Shown here one piece after another: positions 1 to 12,331 of a stretch of 64,000 nt of DNA (positions are counted from its first letter, which is position 1; each line of letters opens with the position of its first letter). A program made the translations under genes and the position numbers. The stretch is from Callorhinchus milii (lineage: Eukaryota). The notes below the pieces were generated by a model. It was not told the DNA's origin, made no database searches, and saw only the letters and a program-made list of their open reading frames with translations. The DNA lies in the NCBI RefSeq assembly GCF_018977255.1, contig NW_024704743.1, positions 72,542,001 to 72,606,000 of the forward strand. The letters are read 5' to 3'.

Positions 1-825
1 TATCCGCTGCATTTACATTGCCGTGAAATTTTTCAATGTATTCATTCAGGCACTGAAGAGAGACTGCTGTCTAATCACTTCAAGTCACCAAACTTGTTTC
101 CCTTGTCGTTTAGTTACGCACAAATCAAGTCAAAAATGAGCTATTCAAATTTTAAATTGCAAGATTAGCAAGAGATTTGTAAAATGATAAGACTGCTAAA
201 TCCAAAAATGATTGCCTGTGACCAAAATAGTGTCTTTCATCCCCATTTTGGGATTGGCTGTTTCCTGAACCTCAGGTGAATCTTGCACACCAGAAGTTGC
301 AATTAGTAACTCTAATCTGGTTTGCGAATATTACATTTTCCATTCTGACGCTGATTAAACATTGAAAAATTTCATGCAATCTTTACATTACATCAGCATT
401 ACTTTTCAAAGCCAATAACCACACAGCTCTAGGTGGAACTGGATATTTTCCCCAGCGATTCTTACCATTGCCATTATTTAACTTGTTGTTTTCCTCTCTG
501 CTTCATTGATACATCACTATCATTATGAGTCATATCATGGCATACCTGGGATCACTGTTTTAAATTGTTTTAGACTCAGTGTAAAGGGTGTTTGTGCTCA
601 TGGGAGTTGGGGGTACATTCATTCTAGGTGTTAGGCAAACACCAGATTAATTCAAGTATGACTGTTGTGGTGTAAACCGGATATTAGATGCAAAATTTTG
701 AACAAGTCAATGCTTGCGCTTGACTTCTGTCAAACAGTAAAACACAATAAAGGATATGGAGAGAGAGTTGGAAAGTGGGATTACATTGAAATTTTTTTTA
801 GAAAAATAGTGACATGATACAACAA

Positions 826-1220
826 CTTAAAGATCCTCACCCTTGTATTCAAATCTCTCCACTCCTCCGCACCCTCCTACCTCTCTGACCTCCTCTCTCC
901 TCAAAACAATACCCGTTGCCTTCGTTCCTCCAGGCTTTGCCTCTTCTTCATCCCCCGAGTCCTCTGCTCCACTCTCGGTGGCCGTGCCTTCAGCCACTAT
1001 GCCCCGAGACTCTGAAATTCCCTTCCTCACTCCCTTCGCCTCGTTCCCTCTCTTCCTATTTTCAGGTCTCTGCTGAAGACCTTTCTCTTTGACCGCATGT
1101 TTGGTCACCTTCCCCCCCCTCCCCCTGGCTCGGCCCCAGGATCCGTTACTGTAAAGCGCTCTGAGACGCCGTGCGGCGTGGAGGGCGCTATATAAATCTA
1201 AGTTGTTGTTGTTGTTGTTG
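826..1220 (+). mobile_element. L2-clade LINE, 5'-truncated 3' fragment
   Basis: Degenerate end of ORF2 (KILTLVFKSLH-like), C-rich 3' UTR, tail hairpin AAGCGCTCTGAGACGCCGTGCGGCGTGGAGGGCGCT and terminal (GTT)n; homologous to other L2 ends in the window. Confidence 0.85.
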
Positions 1221-1957
1221 ATATACTGACAGTGACATGTTGACTGCTCCCTTTGGTGCATAACTTTTCTGTTTCTATGCTATTGACAATGCCCTCTGCA
1301 GAAACCATAAACAGCAGATTATTGTTATCACAATACCTATGTGTAGCTGCTCAAATTTACTCATCTCTGTCAGTGACTTATCAAGTTATTGTTTTTGCTA
1401 ATGTCACTATCCCCACAGAAATCATTAATTTCTCCATCTCAAAGACAAGCCCTGATTGAATCACTGCAAGCAAAGACCGAATTAGACAATGTGTAGACGG
1501 ACAAAACAAGTATAATCTTCAGTGCTGAGAAGACCCAAGTAATAGCTCTAATAAGAATGTTGGACCATCGTGTTATACAACTACCTCTCTTTCTCCTCAG
1601 CTTTCAGTTTCTTGACTTGGTAGATCTATATCACATCTGATCTTTACTGGAACAAACTAATGGTAGCAATGGTAGAAAATGTTTGTGGCTACTTGTTCTC
1701 ATTGCCATTTATAGTCAAACCTGGCTTCAGCAACCACTGCGGGGACTGAGCCAATGTGGCATTAAGATAAAGGTGGCCTCTGTGCAAGGATTCATTGGTG
1801 TGCAAACTGGGCTTTTAACAGGGGCTGGTTGCTGAATGGAGATGGTTTCTTGAAGAGATTTGCCTTTAGTTTTTGCAAAGCCTATATATACACCCTGTGA
1901 TTAAATACAGTATTGTGGTCAGTTTGGCAGGCTGCAGTGAAAATCCATTTCTTCCTT

Positions 1958-2215
1958 ATAATAATCCTTTCATTTGTTACAGTGCCTTTCATATCACCAG
2001 AACATCTCAGAGAGCCTCGCAGGATTTACTATAAAGCGTAGTGACTGTGTATTTTGAGCAGGGCAGCCAATTTGTGCACAGCAATGTCCTACAAATAGCC
2101 ATGGTAGGAAAATAAATGACCAATTTTATCTGGAGGAATGTTGGACAAGACACCAGGAGAAACTCCCTTCTCTTTTTGAATTGTACCATGGGATTTAATT
2201 TCTCCCCACAGTCCA
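1958..2215 (-). mobile_element. Old Deu-type SINE, 3' part
   Basis: Reverse complement contains GGACATTGCTGTGCACAAATTGGCTGC and an L2-like tail ending GGATTATTA; similar copies at 41.1, 56.2, 61.0 and 62.4 kb. Confidence 0.7.
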
Positions 2216-3529
2216 TGTTAAAGTTATACAGACCAGTAAATTTGACCAGGAGGGCTGCAGTCAGAGTCTGCACTCTTCATCATTGAAGAAATGTGTGCCT
2301 CCTGTTAGTACACTACAAAGTTTGACAGGGGCAGGCACACAAGAGTTGCTAACATTTAACTCTGTTCCATATTTATATCACAACACAACAGCTGCTACAG
2401 CTGCAGCTCAGTATTCTGTAACAATCTAAAACAACCGCATGGAATACCAATGAAGCTATACATACCACTTCTCCTTCCTGTGGAACTCTATCCTACAAAA
2501 TGGTTTCACCTGAAACTCTGGCATTTCTATGGAGAAGGTTAAAGGAACAATTGACAATCACTTACTAATTTGGTTTACTGTGGCATGCATTCAGCTATTT
2601 GGAATTGCACATGCATTGGTATAGATTTGCACAGAATCTTCAGGTTGTTTTATGCACATAGCTACCTGCAAGGTCAATTGAGTTCTTGTTGTAATTGTTA
2701 GCCTTCCTAATATACCAAATAAAATTCATAGTCCTGATTAGGAAAGAAGCAAATACAGTACTTGAGCTTTTGTTAAAAAAAGAAACAAAGAATGTGTACA
2801 ACAAAATGTTTTTTTTCTCCACCAGCACAAATCCATCCTGGTGATCTGATGTTTAGGTACGAGTGAAGTAAAGCTTTGGATGTCCACAAAGGTTATTCAA
2901 AGTCAGATTCTAAATTCTGCTGCTATTTGAACGTAGTTAACCCCACCAGTGAATTTCTCTGTAGTCAGGCAGGGCCTCACTTCTTTAACATTTAATTTGA
3001 AGGTCAGCACCTCCGACAATGCTGCACTGCATTAGGTGGCAGTTTAGATATGTGTCCGACAAGGGATTACTTGGAGTTACCTAACCATTGCTTCTTGACT
3101 TTTCGCATTCTCTTTCCTATTCTTTTCAACCTAAGAGGTGTCCTCCTCTATGAGACGTGGTCATTTGCCTTAGTTTCTCAACGAAAAACAAAGTTGGCCT
3201 TCAAATCACATTCACTTTCAGAACATGTACTTCAACAGAATCCAGTGAATAGGAAAGAATCGATCTCACTTTACTCAATAGGTCAAGCAACAAATATCAT
3301 TCCCCAAAATTTGCAAGTTTGCAGTGAACTACTCACTCCCAACAATTGGTAATTTTACTTTGCTAAATGGTTCAATAAAAGATAAAGGGCGATGCCAGAG
3401 CTCTGAATGTGACACTCACACTGCCAAAATTTGCCATCCAAGTCTGTCTTTAATTATTGAAACTATAGGTTTGGGAGTCAACAACCCCTATTTGCCCTTC
3501 CCATGATTGTTTAATCCAAAGACGGTTTC

Positions 3530-3640
3530 TCACAAGACCACAGGATTGGTTTGGATGAAGAAACCTCTTTGGCCCATTTGATCTAATCCCAAATATATTG
3601 GATTGCCACTTACTGGTGGCATTCCCTAATTCTTTTTCTT
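3530..3640 (-). mobile_element. CR1 LINE 3' end fragment
   Basis: Reverse complement of GATCAAATGGGCCAAA..TTCTTCATCCAAACC..TCTTGTG, the same tail as the CR1 copy ending at 33245. Confidence 0.65.
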
Positions 3641-3819
3641 GACCCATAGCTGGCAATTTGAGTGCTGCTTAATAGGATATCGGCTGAGTTAAGCTGTTAT
3701 TCTATTTTTAGCGGAGCTGAATCTCAGTTCTCAATGATCAGAAATAACGAAACGAGCACTGAAATCTTTAGGCTGACCATTATGCCATAGTTGGGGAAGG
3801 GGATGAAGAATGCTGTCCC

Positions 3820-3940
3820 AAACTAGTTGAAGAAAATTTGGTGCTGTAATGGGAGGACAGTTGGGTTGGTATTCTCAGAGGAAAAGATCAAATGGGCCAA
3901 AAGGGCCTTCTTCATCCAAACCTCTCTTGCCATCTTGTGA
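3820..3940 (+). mobile_element. CR1 LINE 3' end fragment
   Basis: GATCAAATGGGCCAAAAGGGCCTTCTTCATCCAAACC..TCTTGTGA tail, matching 33190-33245. Confidence 0.65.
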
Positions 3941-5306
3941 ATGGTTTAGGACAGGTTTGGATTGCAATCTTTTGCAATGTGATAATCATCATTTGTGATT
4001 AATATGACACTGAATGTCACATTTTTCACTTCAAAGGGTCAATGTATCACCTCCAAAAGATCATCCTGAATACAGAGCATTCCCTGATGTTAGTTGCCAG
4101 TGGTTCCGCAGGTAAACTTCTCATTCGCATATCAGAAAATGGAAATGATTTAAGTTCCACTTCTAACATTATGCCTGTCATCCTGTACCTCAATGCAAAA
4201 GCCCTGATCACATTTGCAGTGAACTCATCCAGATGTAATGCTGTTTTTTTCATAGGCAGAAAACCTCATTTGAATGAATTATACAAAACAACAGCTGGTC
4301 AGGGGATGAATTACAGAGGTATATGGGGTCCCTTGTTAGTTCCAGGCTTCCTGCATTTACTCTTGTGTCTCCAAGAAGGGTAATCGCATGAATATTTTAC
4401 TAATTTAGTTTAGATGTTAGGAGAAACTTTGATACATATGATAAGCTATTGCCATAGACTGAAAGTACTGCTCAGAAATTAACAGTAAAATGATTAAAAG
4501 TCAGCAACAAGAAAGTTCAGAAGACAATTGATGAGTAATTGCCAGTATAACAATAAACACTGACTGATGAAATTCATACATTATAAATTGTGTTTGATTA
4601 AAGAAACACCAATGTGTATATGCTACAATTAACATCTGCCAGTTTTTTATTTTTGTATTTATCTGTTTTAATGTATCATTCCCTAGTCAGCCTCCTCGTT
4701 GCTCCACTGCCAAGGAAAGCTTTAGCATTTTGGTGACCTTGACATATTGGTGTTTACACCAAGGTGCCACACCACTGAATGAAAGAGTACAGGTTTTACC
4801 TTGTGCACATTTCATGTTCCAGATTCAGGCATGTGGTCAGGGAATGTGTACAGATGAAAAGCTCAAGGTAAAGTTATGAGATGGTCTGTCAGATCTGGGG
4901 TTCCCACAGTAGAAATCATTTAGATTTTCATGTTTAATTTTCAAGAGCTCAATATTGGTCAGAAAAATGAGACGTATGCTTTTCTGATTATTACCAGTGA
5001 TATCACATCTTTAAATTGTACCCTGACAATGACTTGGTTGATTTCCCCTTCCTTCCCCCCAAAAAATAATATGCCTCAAAACATTCACATTTTTATCATG
5101 TATTTCAGTGTCAGACCTCACTAGCTTGACTCAAGTTTAAAAGAAACATTGACAATATCATCAATTATCACATCAAAAGTTACATTTTGCAACCCTATGT
5201 TTTCAAGGAGGCAAACTGGAGAATAATTGATTCAGAAATTATTTTCTTCTCCGAGACGTTTAGTAAAATATATGATATTAACTCTGATATGAAAGAATTG
5301 AATATC

Positions 5307-5812
5307 AATACAACAACAGCAAATTCCAATTGTATAGCGCCCTTCACATCAGAAAGACATCCCGGGACATTGGACAATCAGGGGTTTTGGACCCGAGCTG
5401 GGAGATGGAGTCAGGAGAGGTGTAGGGCAGGAGGGGTGGGGGTGGGAAGGTGGCCGAAGGCACAATCGAAAAGCAAGGTCTTTAGACAGGACTTGAAGAA
5501 GGCAAGAGAGGGGGTGAGGCAGATGGATTGCAGGATAGAGTTCCAGAGTGTGGGGGCAGAGATGCTGAATGCTCGACCACCGAGCAGAGGGAGCGGACAA
5601 GTTGAAATGGGATTAGGAGGTTGCAGAGATAGTGGGGAGCAAGACCATGGAGGGCACTGAAGGTGAGAACAAGGGTTTTGAACTCAAACCTCTGCGCCAG
5701 TAAAGCCGGGGAAGAACGGGGGTGATTGGTTTGCAGAGCCTGGTGCGGGAGAGGAAACAAGCTGCAGAGTTCCGAATAATCTGCAGCTTGTGGAGGGAAG
5801 AGTTGGGAAGAA
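5307..5812 (-). mobile_element. L2 LINE 3' fragment
   Basis: (CAA)n tail on plus strand; minus-strand translation RFEFKTLVLTFSALHGLAPHYLCNLL, typical of the L2 ORF2 C-terminus. Confidence 0.85.
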
Positions 5813-8800
5813 TGGAGATTTCCCTGTGGCTTGGCCAATATTCCTCTATTCAAATTGCAAAAAAAACATTTAGTGTTTTTCTGTGGGGTTGTGGACATTT
5901 TCTGGTGTAGAGTGGCTCACGCATTTGCCAATTTAACAAATCTCTATGCTTCAAAGTAACTTATTGTATAAAGCTAACAATCCTGATACCATGCCTCCTA
6001 GCCAATGATTTCCCAACTAAATGAAATAGGTTTTCTGTATTTACCTTGTCTTCTCCCTAGGCCTGCTTGTATTGTATTGATACAGAGGATTTAGATCTGG
6101 CTCTTGTAGTTTTACAATATATATGGGTACTTTTGTGGTATTCAAATGTGTATAACACTTTTTTACATGCTCAAAGCACTGATCTATAAATCCTGTCAGG
6201 GAAGTACTGTTGTGAGCCAATGTTTAATGTTCAGTGAAAATTTTTAAAAATACTTTATTTTATTCACTTCATTATACTCCAAGACCACCCAATGAAATAT
6301 GCAATGTGATACAGTATTTCCAAACTGGAAATCACTGTGTTAATTATGGGTTCTGGTTTGTGGATATTGGATTGTAAAATCCACACATCGCAAAGTGGAT
6401 TGCAAATCCAAAGCTGGCAAAGTGAAAAGAAGCTATATGAGGTGAAAAACAGCCGGCATTTCACTCACTTCAGTTGACTTAGTCTCCATGTCTGTAAGCT
6501 TTGTGCTGCTCACCATTGTAACTTGTCTTCTCCTTGACTTCAGCAATAGTTAATAAACCTTATTTACAGGACAGCTTTGATATGCTGAATCTGGTGGCAG
6601 ACTGAAAGAAAAAAATCTGCATATTTAAGCCAATGCAAACCATAAAGCAGGCAAAAAAGAGAGAAATATTTAGCATTCTTGAGTCTAACAAATGTTTGAA
6701 GAATGAAAAGATTGTCATTCAATATGAAACTGCTATTTAACTTTGACTGTGATCCACAAAGAAACAGGCACTACAACCGTATTGTTCCTTCTAGCTTCAC
6801 ACTTAAGAAGTCTATATTTAGTACAAGAGTGAAGCTTGAATTAGGACAGGTAAAACCCAATAGAAAACCATGCTTACTGCCATCAAAACATATGGATACA
6901 GAAATAAAATTTACATAGTAGAAATTGTACACAAGTGAATAATTTCTTTCCTTCAACAAGTATGATGTAGATGTGATAAGGGGCTCTGTATATCCTTTCC
7001 TTAATTTTTGTGCTTTATATCAGTATCTGTGAAGGGACATGGATTGATAACCAAACATGTGGCCAATTATTTCAGATAATTCTGAATAAGAAACTCTTGT
7101 GTTAAGGTGACTTCATAAACATACTATTTATGGGCCGCTTGTGATAAATATGTATTGCAATGTATTGCAAGGCTGTAAAAAGCAAGACTTACTGTTGTCA
7201 TAGATCATAATTATAGAAAACTCATATGGTTCATATATCCATTGCTGATCCTGTGTTACAACTCATCTCTTTGAAAAAGAACATTTTACTTGTTTAATAT
7301 AGCAGAACTTGTGTTTAAGTTTCATTTCAGTACACTTCCTCGAGCTGTGCAGTCCAACAATGAACATTTGAAGATGCTGCAGATTCATTTCATGCATGTT
7401 TTAAAAACTTATCATGACTAATATCTCCAGTTACATAACATTACAGGAAGAGCTAATACCACAGGAAATTAAAAACGCAACATTGGCAAATGTACATATT
7501 GGTCTTGTAACATACATATAGGACTGACAGCTCATCCCTGCAATAGACACTGTTGTCATTTTGGTTCAAATGATAAGGGCTAGTATCAGTGTTGGTGCAA
7601 CTGTCTGATTTGGTGACTGGTCTGTTGTCCACTTTGACACCCATCTCTGACAAATCACAGCACACCCAGCTGAATATTTATTATAGAATAAAGTAGGAAG
7701 ACTTTTAATGTTTAAAAGAAGTAATGAATTAAGTTGAAAATGTTGTTAAATTGTTTGAGATTTGCTTCGGGTTTATGTCATCAGTTTGTGGCCTCACAGC
7801 ATAGTCAATTATACACATAACAGACTGATCGTTACTCTATCATCCTATGGAGTATTCTTCAGTCCTTCAGGGAGAATATTTACATAACTATCTGAAGTTC
7901 TGCAATGCTTATGTATCCCCGTAATGTAACTGGTTACAATTGTAAATTAATTTAGTAGCCGCCCTTAACTGACTTTAGGGACAACAATTTTGCTTTGTAA
8001 AAAAAACGTACACTTGTCAAACAAATAAATAACAGCACTATACAAAAGTTCTCATTTTAACTGACATACATGAAAAAGGCAAACTGTTACCGTAAAAGAC
8101 ACTCTAACCTCCTAAAAATGAACATCGAAGAACTATAAATTTTTTAACACCAAATTTCTACTGTTACCATTACCTTTGGTTTGAAGACAAACAAGATGTA
8201 TTCCAAGGCAGCCGTGAAGCATAGCTCTCCTGTCAAGAACGCAATGGGCAAACATTCTTGACCTAGAACCTAAAGCAGTTTCTGACAGTCTATCTTTCAT
8301 GGTCTGATAACAAAGGTTGTAAAACAATATAGATTAGATGCTTTTTAAGGAACCAGAGGTATCTTTCAGAGCTATGGAACCAACAATTTAAAATTTGCCT
8401 TGTAGGCAAGCTTTTTGGTGCGTACATCAAATAAGACAAAGGGTTTATCAGTGTACTCAACAGACCAAATAGTCACAGTCTGTGCTGAATTAGTGAATTT
8501 CAGCCAGAAAATTAACTTCAGCACCCGAGGCTAGGAAGGTGGCAATAACTATTCAAGGCTCCTGCTCCAGCATAGGTCCAAAATTTCACCAAGATTCAGC
8601 CTTTAAAAATATTCAAATTTAAGATCACACAAAATTATGACAGATTCTTCATTCACTCTTAAATTTAGAAGCTGGCTCTTCTTAAGAAATGCAGAAAGCT
8701 ACCTTCCAAATAAGAGTGAATCTAAGAATTTACCAAAGAACTGTATGATCTTAAATACTTGTATTAAGACAAAATGGTCTCACATTAGGTAGGATTTCCA

Positions 8801-11247
8801 GCCACCATTTCTATCCTATGGTTCTTTCTGAGAAATGCACTTGTTGATGTTGAGTGAAAACATGATGGATTTGGCTGTGATATCTCCCTTCCCCAAGGCA
8901 AATAGACTCATAATATTCGCTGTCCAAATGCTCACAGATCACATGACAACCTGGGCAAGGTAACGGAGGGCTGCTGGCATTTGTGGAAACATAAAACACA
9001 CCTCAGCAAGTGATATCAGCTTCAGAACAGAAGAAAGAGTGGGAAAGAAATGCTGTAGGAGCCGGGAAAATTTACACACCTGAAGCTAATATTTGAAAAT
9101 GGTAAATACGACCAGCCCAGAATATTAGATTTTAAACAATTTTGAAAATGTATTTTATTTTTAGTTATACAAAATAATCTCTTTCTTAACAATACTGTAT
9201 TCTCCAGCATTGTCCAAAACATTGCAATTAAGCTAACATCTTTTTATTTTTTATTTTAAAGTTAGGTTAATAAATTGCCTTAGGTGCAAAAATAAAAGTG
9301 GGTATCCGTGAAATGTTTATAACTTATATGGATACATATGTGATCATTGCAAACATAAGTTCCATTATTCTCCACTTAGTGAATACATGTATCAGAACTT
9401 TTTTTTATGTGGGATCAATAGCAAGGCATTTTTAGTGAGATTTCATAATACAGATAATCAATCACTGCATTGCCTAAACATGGTTTACAAGAATCTGGTT
9501 CGACAATATACCCCTAACATTATTGCTTTATAATTTATTTAAAAAACTCCTAAATAGTGTAACAAATGAGCATCTCTTATCAAAATATGTATTCAGCTGG
9601 GAAAATTAGTTATATCTCTCTAATATACTAATAAAGTAATTCCAGCAGTAGTTTAGTAATTAACAATGGGCTAGTATAAAACCACAGTATGTTTTTAAAC
9701 TAGGACCTCAAATGTTCACATCTGCTTCAAGATGAAGGAACGTGAAGCTTATAGAAATATGATTTAATGACCCATTTCTAAGGTAAGATCTAACAACTGA
9801 TCAGTAAACCAAAAACTCAGCTCCCAAAATCTAGTCATGCGTATGGAATAATCTGCCACTCCCATAGGAAATAAACAAGGATTAGAGAGTCCTTTCTGCA
9901 TAGGATATGCATAAATATGTCCAACGATTAGGGGAGCTAATAATGGTCTACTACTTTTAGAAAAGCCTCACAAAGCAGCTGGTATGTCACCTTGACAAAC
10001 ACATACAATTAACATCATAAAACTATAATGGTCACATCAACAAAAATATTAAATGCATGCCGTTTTATGAACTGCAGTTTGGGCATTGATGGCATGCTTC
10101 AATTGTCTAGGGTTTGCTCTGCTAGGTTCCGTGCCACAATGATAGACGTCAAAATAATTTCAGCAGTTACCATTTTGACACTCGTGTTATAGCCGCTTAT
10201 ATCCCCACTGCTAATAAAAATCTGATGGATTCAAATAGTACTCTACTCAGCTGAACGGCCTGAATAACTAAAGGTATTTGCTTAGAATTGTGATATTTTA
10301 TACTGAATTAAAATAGTCCTTTCTATGCTGTGTTGTAATGGTTGAATTTAGTCAGGGATACTGTCAGACCACAATCAGAATGGTGCCATGTTACCCTTGT
10401 TGAGGACCGAAGGTCTGAAAATAGCTCTGAAATTACACTGAATCACAACACATCTACAAAAAATATTTTTGTGATGATTTCCAATTATGAATGCTGGCAG
10501 AATTAGCAATGTGCACAGAATTCATAGTATTTTCCTCCGACAAACTTAAAAAAATCTCAGGGTTACTCTATATAGATGTAAGCAGTCTTATATTTAAATT
10601 ATAATCATCTACCTACATTCAAATTTGGTCAAATATCTAACAATTTTACCTCTTTAAAAATATCTGTCAAGGTCATATACTGATTTCTTACCCTTGCTGG
10701 GGATATGTTAAAACCTAGCATTAAAGTGTGTTCTTTATTTTCAAGAGATAACAAATTAATCTCCACAGGGCTTCGAAGACCAGCGCTAAGGAGGTGTAAC
10801 AATTTTTAAATGTGGAAATATTCAAACATTTTTAATTTTAATATAAGCAGGGACTCTCAAACTTAAACATATTGTCTGTACACAAACAGTCCAGTCCGAA
10901 GACTAGTTTCTGCTGCTTGTTTTTAGATCTGCAAAGTATTATTTGATGTGTGAAATTAAGGCATGGTTTATATTACAGTGCTCTATGACAAACAATGCAT
11001 TACGATATAAAAAAAATCTACTGTTCATTGATTCTGACTCAAAGGAGCAGGAAAGATACAAAAACATAGCTGGAAAAGTCCTAAAGAAAATACTCCATTT
11101 TTAGTCTCAACATCATTTTCCCATGCAAGACTGAATTTACCAGCAAGTTGTAAAATAATATACAAGAGCATATTCCTGAAAAGATCTTAGCATACATGAA
11201 TTACCGTTAAGGCAGACTCAATTTAATTTTGTACAAAAGTTGGAAAT

Positions 11248-11253
11248 TTTATT
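11248..11253 (-). terminator. Probable distal poly(A) signal (AATAAA) of FZD1
   Basis: TTTATT on plus strand, about 1.9 kb past the FZD1 stop, in an AU-rich block. Confidence 0.6.
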
Positions 11254-11702
11254 TCAGAGAAATTAAAAATATGGAATATATAAACTTTTCTATTGCTCTA
11301 TAAATATAAAGGATTCTGTAATGGTGAACAAGAATAAATGAATACCAAGTTCAGACATTTTTTGCTCATCAGGGACTTGAAGCCAATAGTGAATTTGAAC
11401 CATGAGTACAGGCTTGAATGGTTTTATGGCTACAGACTCCTATTAATTATTTGATAACAATCATGCAAAGTACTTTAAATATAGTACAATAAAATGCCTG
11501 CATGTGCAGTTATGGTGCCTTTAAAATGCTTGTACTGCTTGTTCTAAAATGCTTGTAAAACAGTACTATTTGTCTTTAAAAAAAACATTTTGACTTGAAT
11601 TGCCTTCATTTTCATGAATGGAATAAATGCACTGCGTAGAGCACATAGTATTTCTACTGAGAATTTGCTTGCTGGACCAGTGCTGGCAATGAAGGGGAGT
11701 AT

Positions 11703-11815
11703 GTTTTACCCACAAAATATACTGTCAATTCACTTTACAGAATATTCTGTGAGGCGCTTTGAGATGTCTCGAAGACGTGATAAAGCGCTATATCAAATGC
11801 AAGGATTATTATTAT
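11703..11815 (+). mobile_element. tRNA-derived SINE 3' fragment (long-subfamily tail) inside the predicted FZD1 3' UTR, antisense to the mRNA
   Basis: CCCACAAAATATACTGTCAATTCACTTTACAG...GCGCTATATCAAATGCAAGGATTATTATT matches the full-length copies. Confidence 0.85.
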
Positions 11816-12321
11816 ATTTAGCTCTAATATTGGTTGAGCCTCATAATGAAGACTATCACTGGGTCCTGACATCACTTCTCAGTCACACTCGTTGTTCAGT
11901 TGGTTTCTGAAGTTCCTTCGCACCCTAAAATCAAAATATAGCCCTGCCAAGTCTGGTGCAGTTCAGCTTGCTTATTCAGCTGTTCTGTTTCTGTTGGACA
12001 CTGGTTTGAATATAAACATCCCCACCTGGTTTCCAGACTTTTAAATCATCTTTCTTTTAAAATAAAAATGCGCGGTGTGCACAGAAAAGCAGTCTCCAGC
12101 GAGAAGGGTAGTCACAACAAACTACAACAAAGATGCATTGATGGCGATCTTTGAGTCAAAAAGAAATCAACATAACAATGGGAGTGTTTTCCAATGCACC
12201 AGGCAGTACAACTGCCCCCCACTCCCCCACTTCTCGTCTGGCAAATAAAAAAAGCATTTACGCTGAACTGAACGAGAATGGGCAGCAGAATAGGTCTAAG
12301 CACTCCTATATCGGGTGGGAT

Positions 12322-12331
12322 TTTATTTATT
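12322..12331 (-). terminator. Possible proximal poly(A) signals (two overlapping AATAAA) of FZD1
   Basis: TTTATTTATT on plus strand, about 0.8 kb past the stop. Confidence 0.35.
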
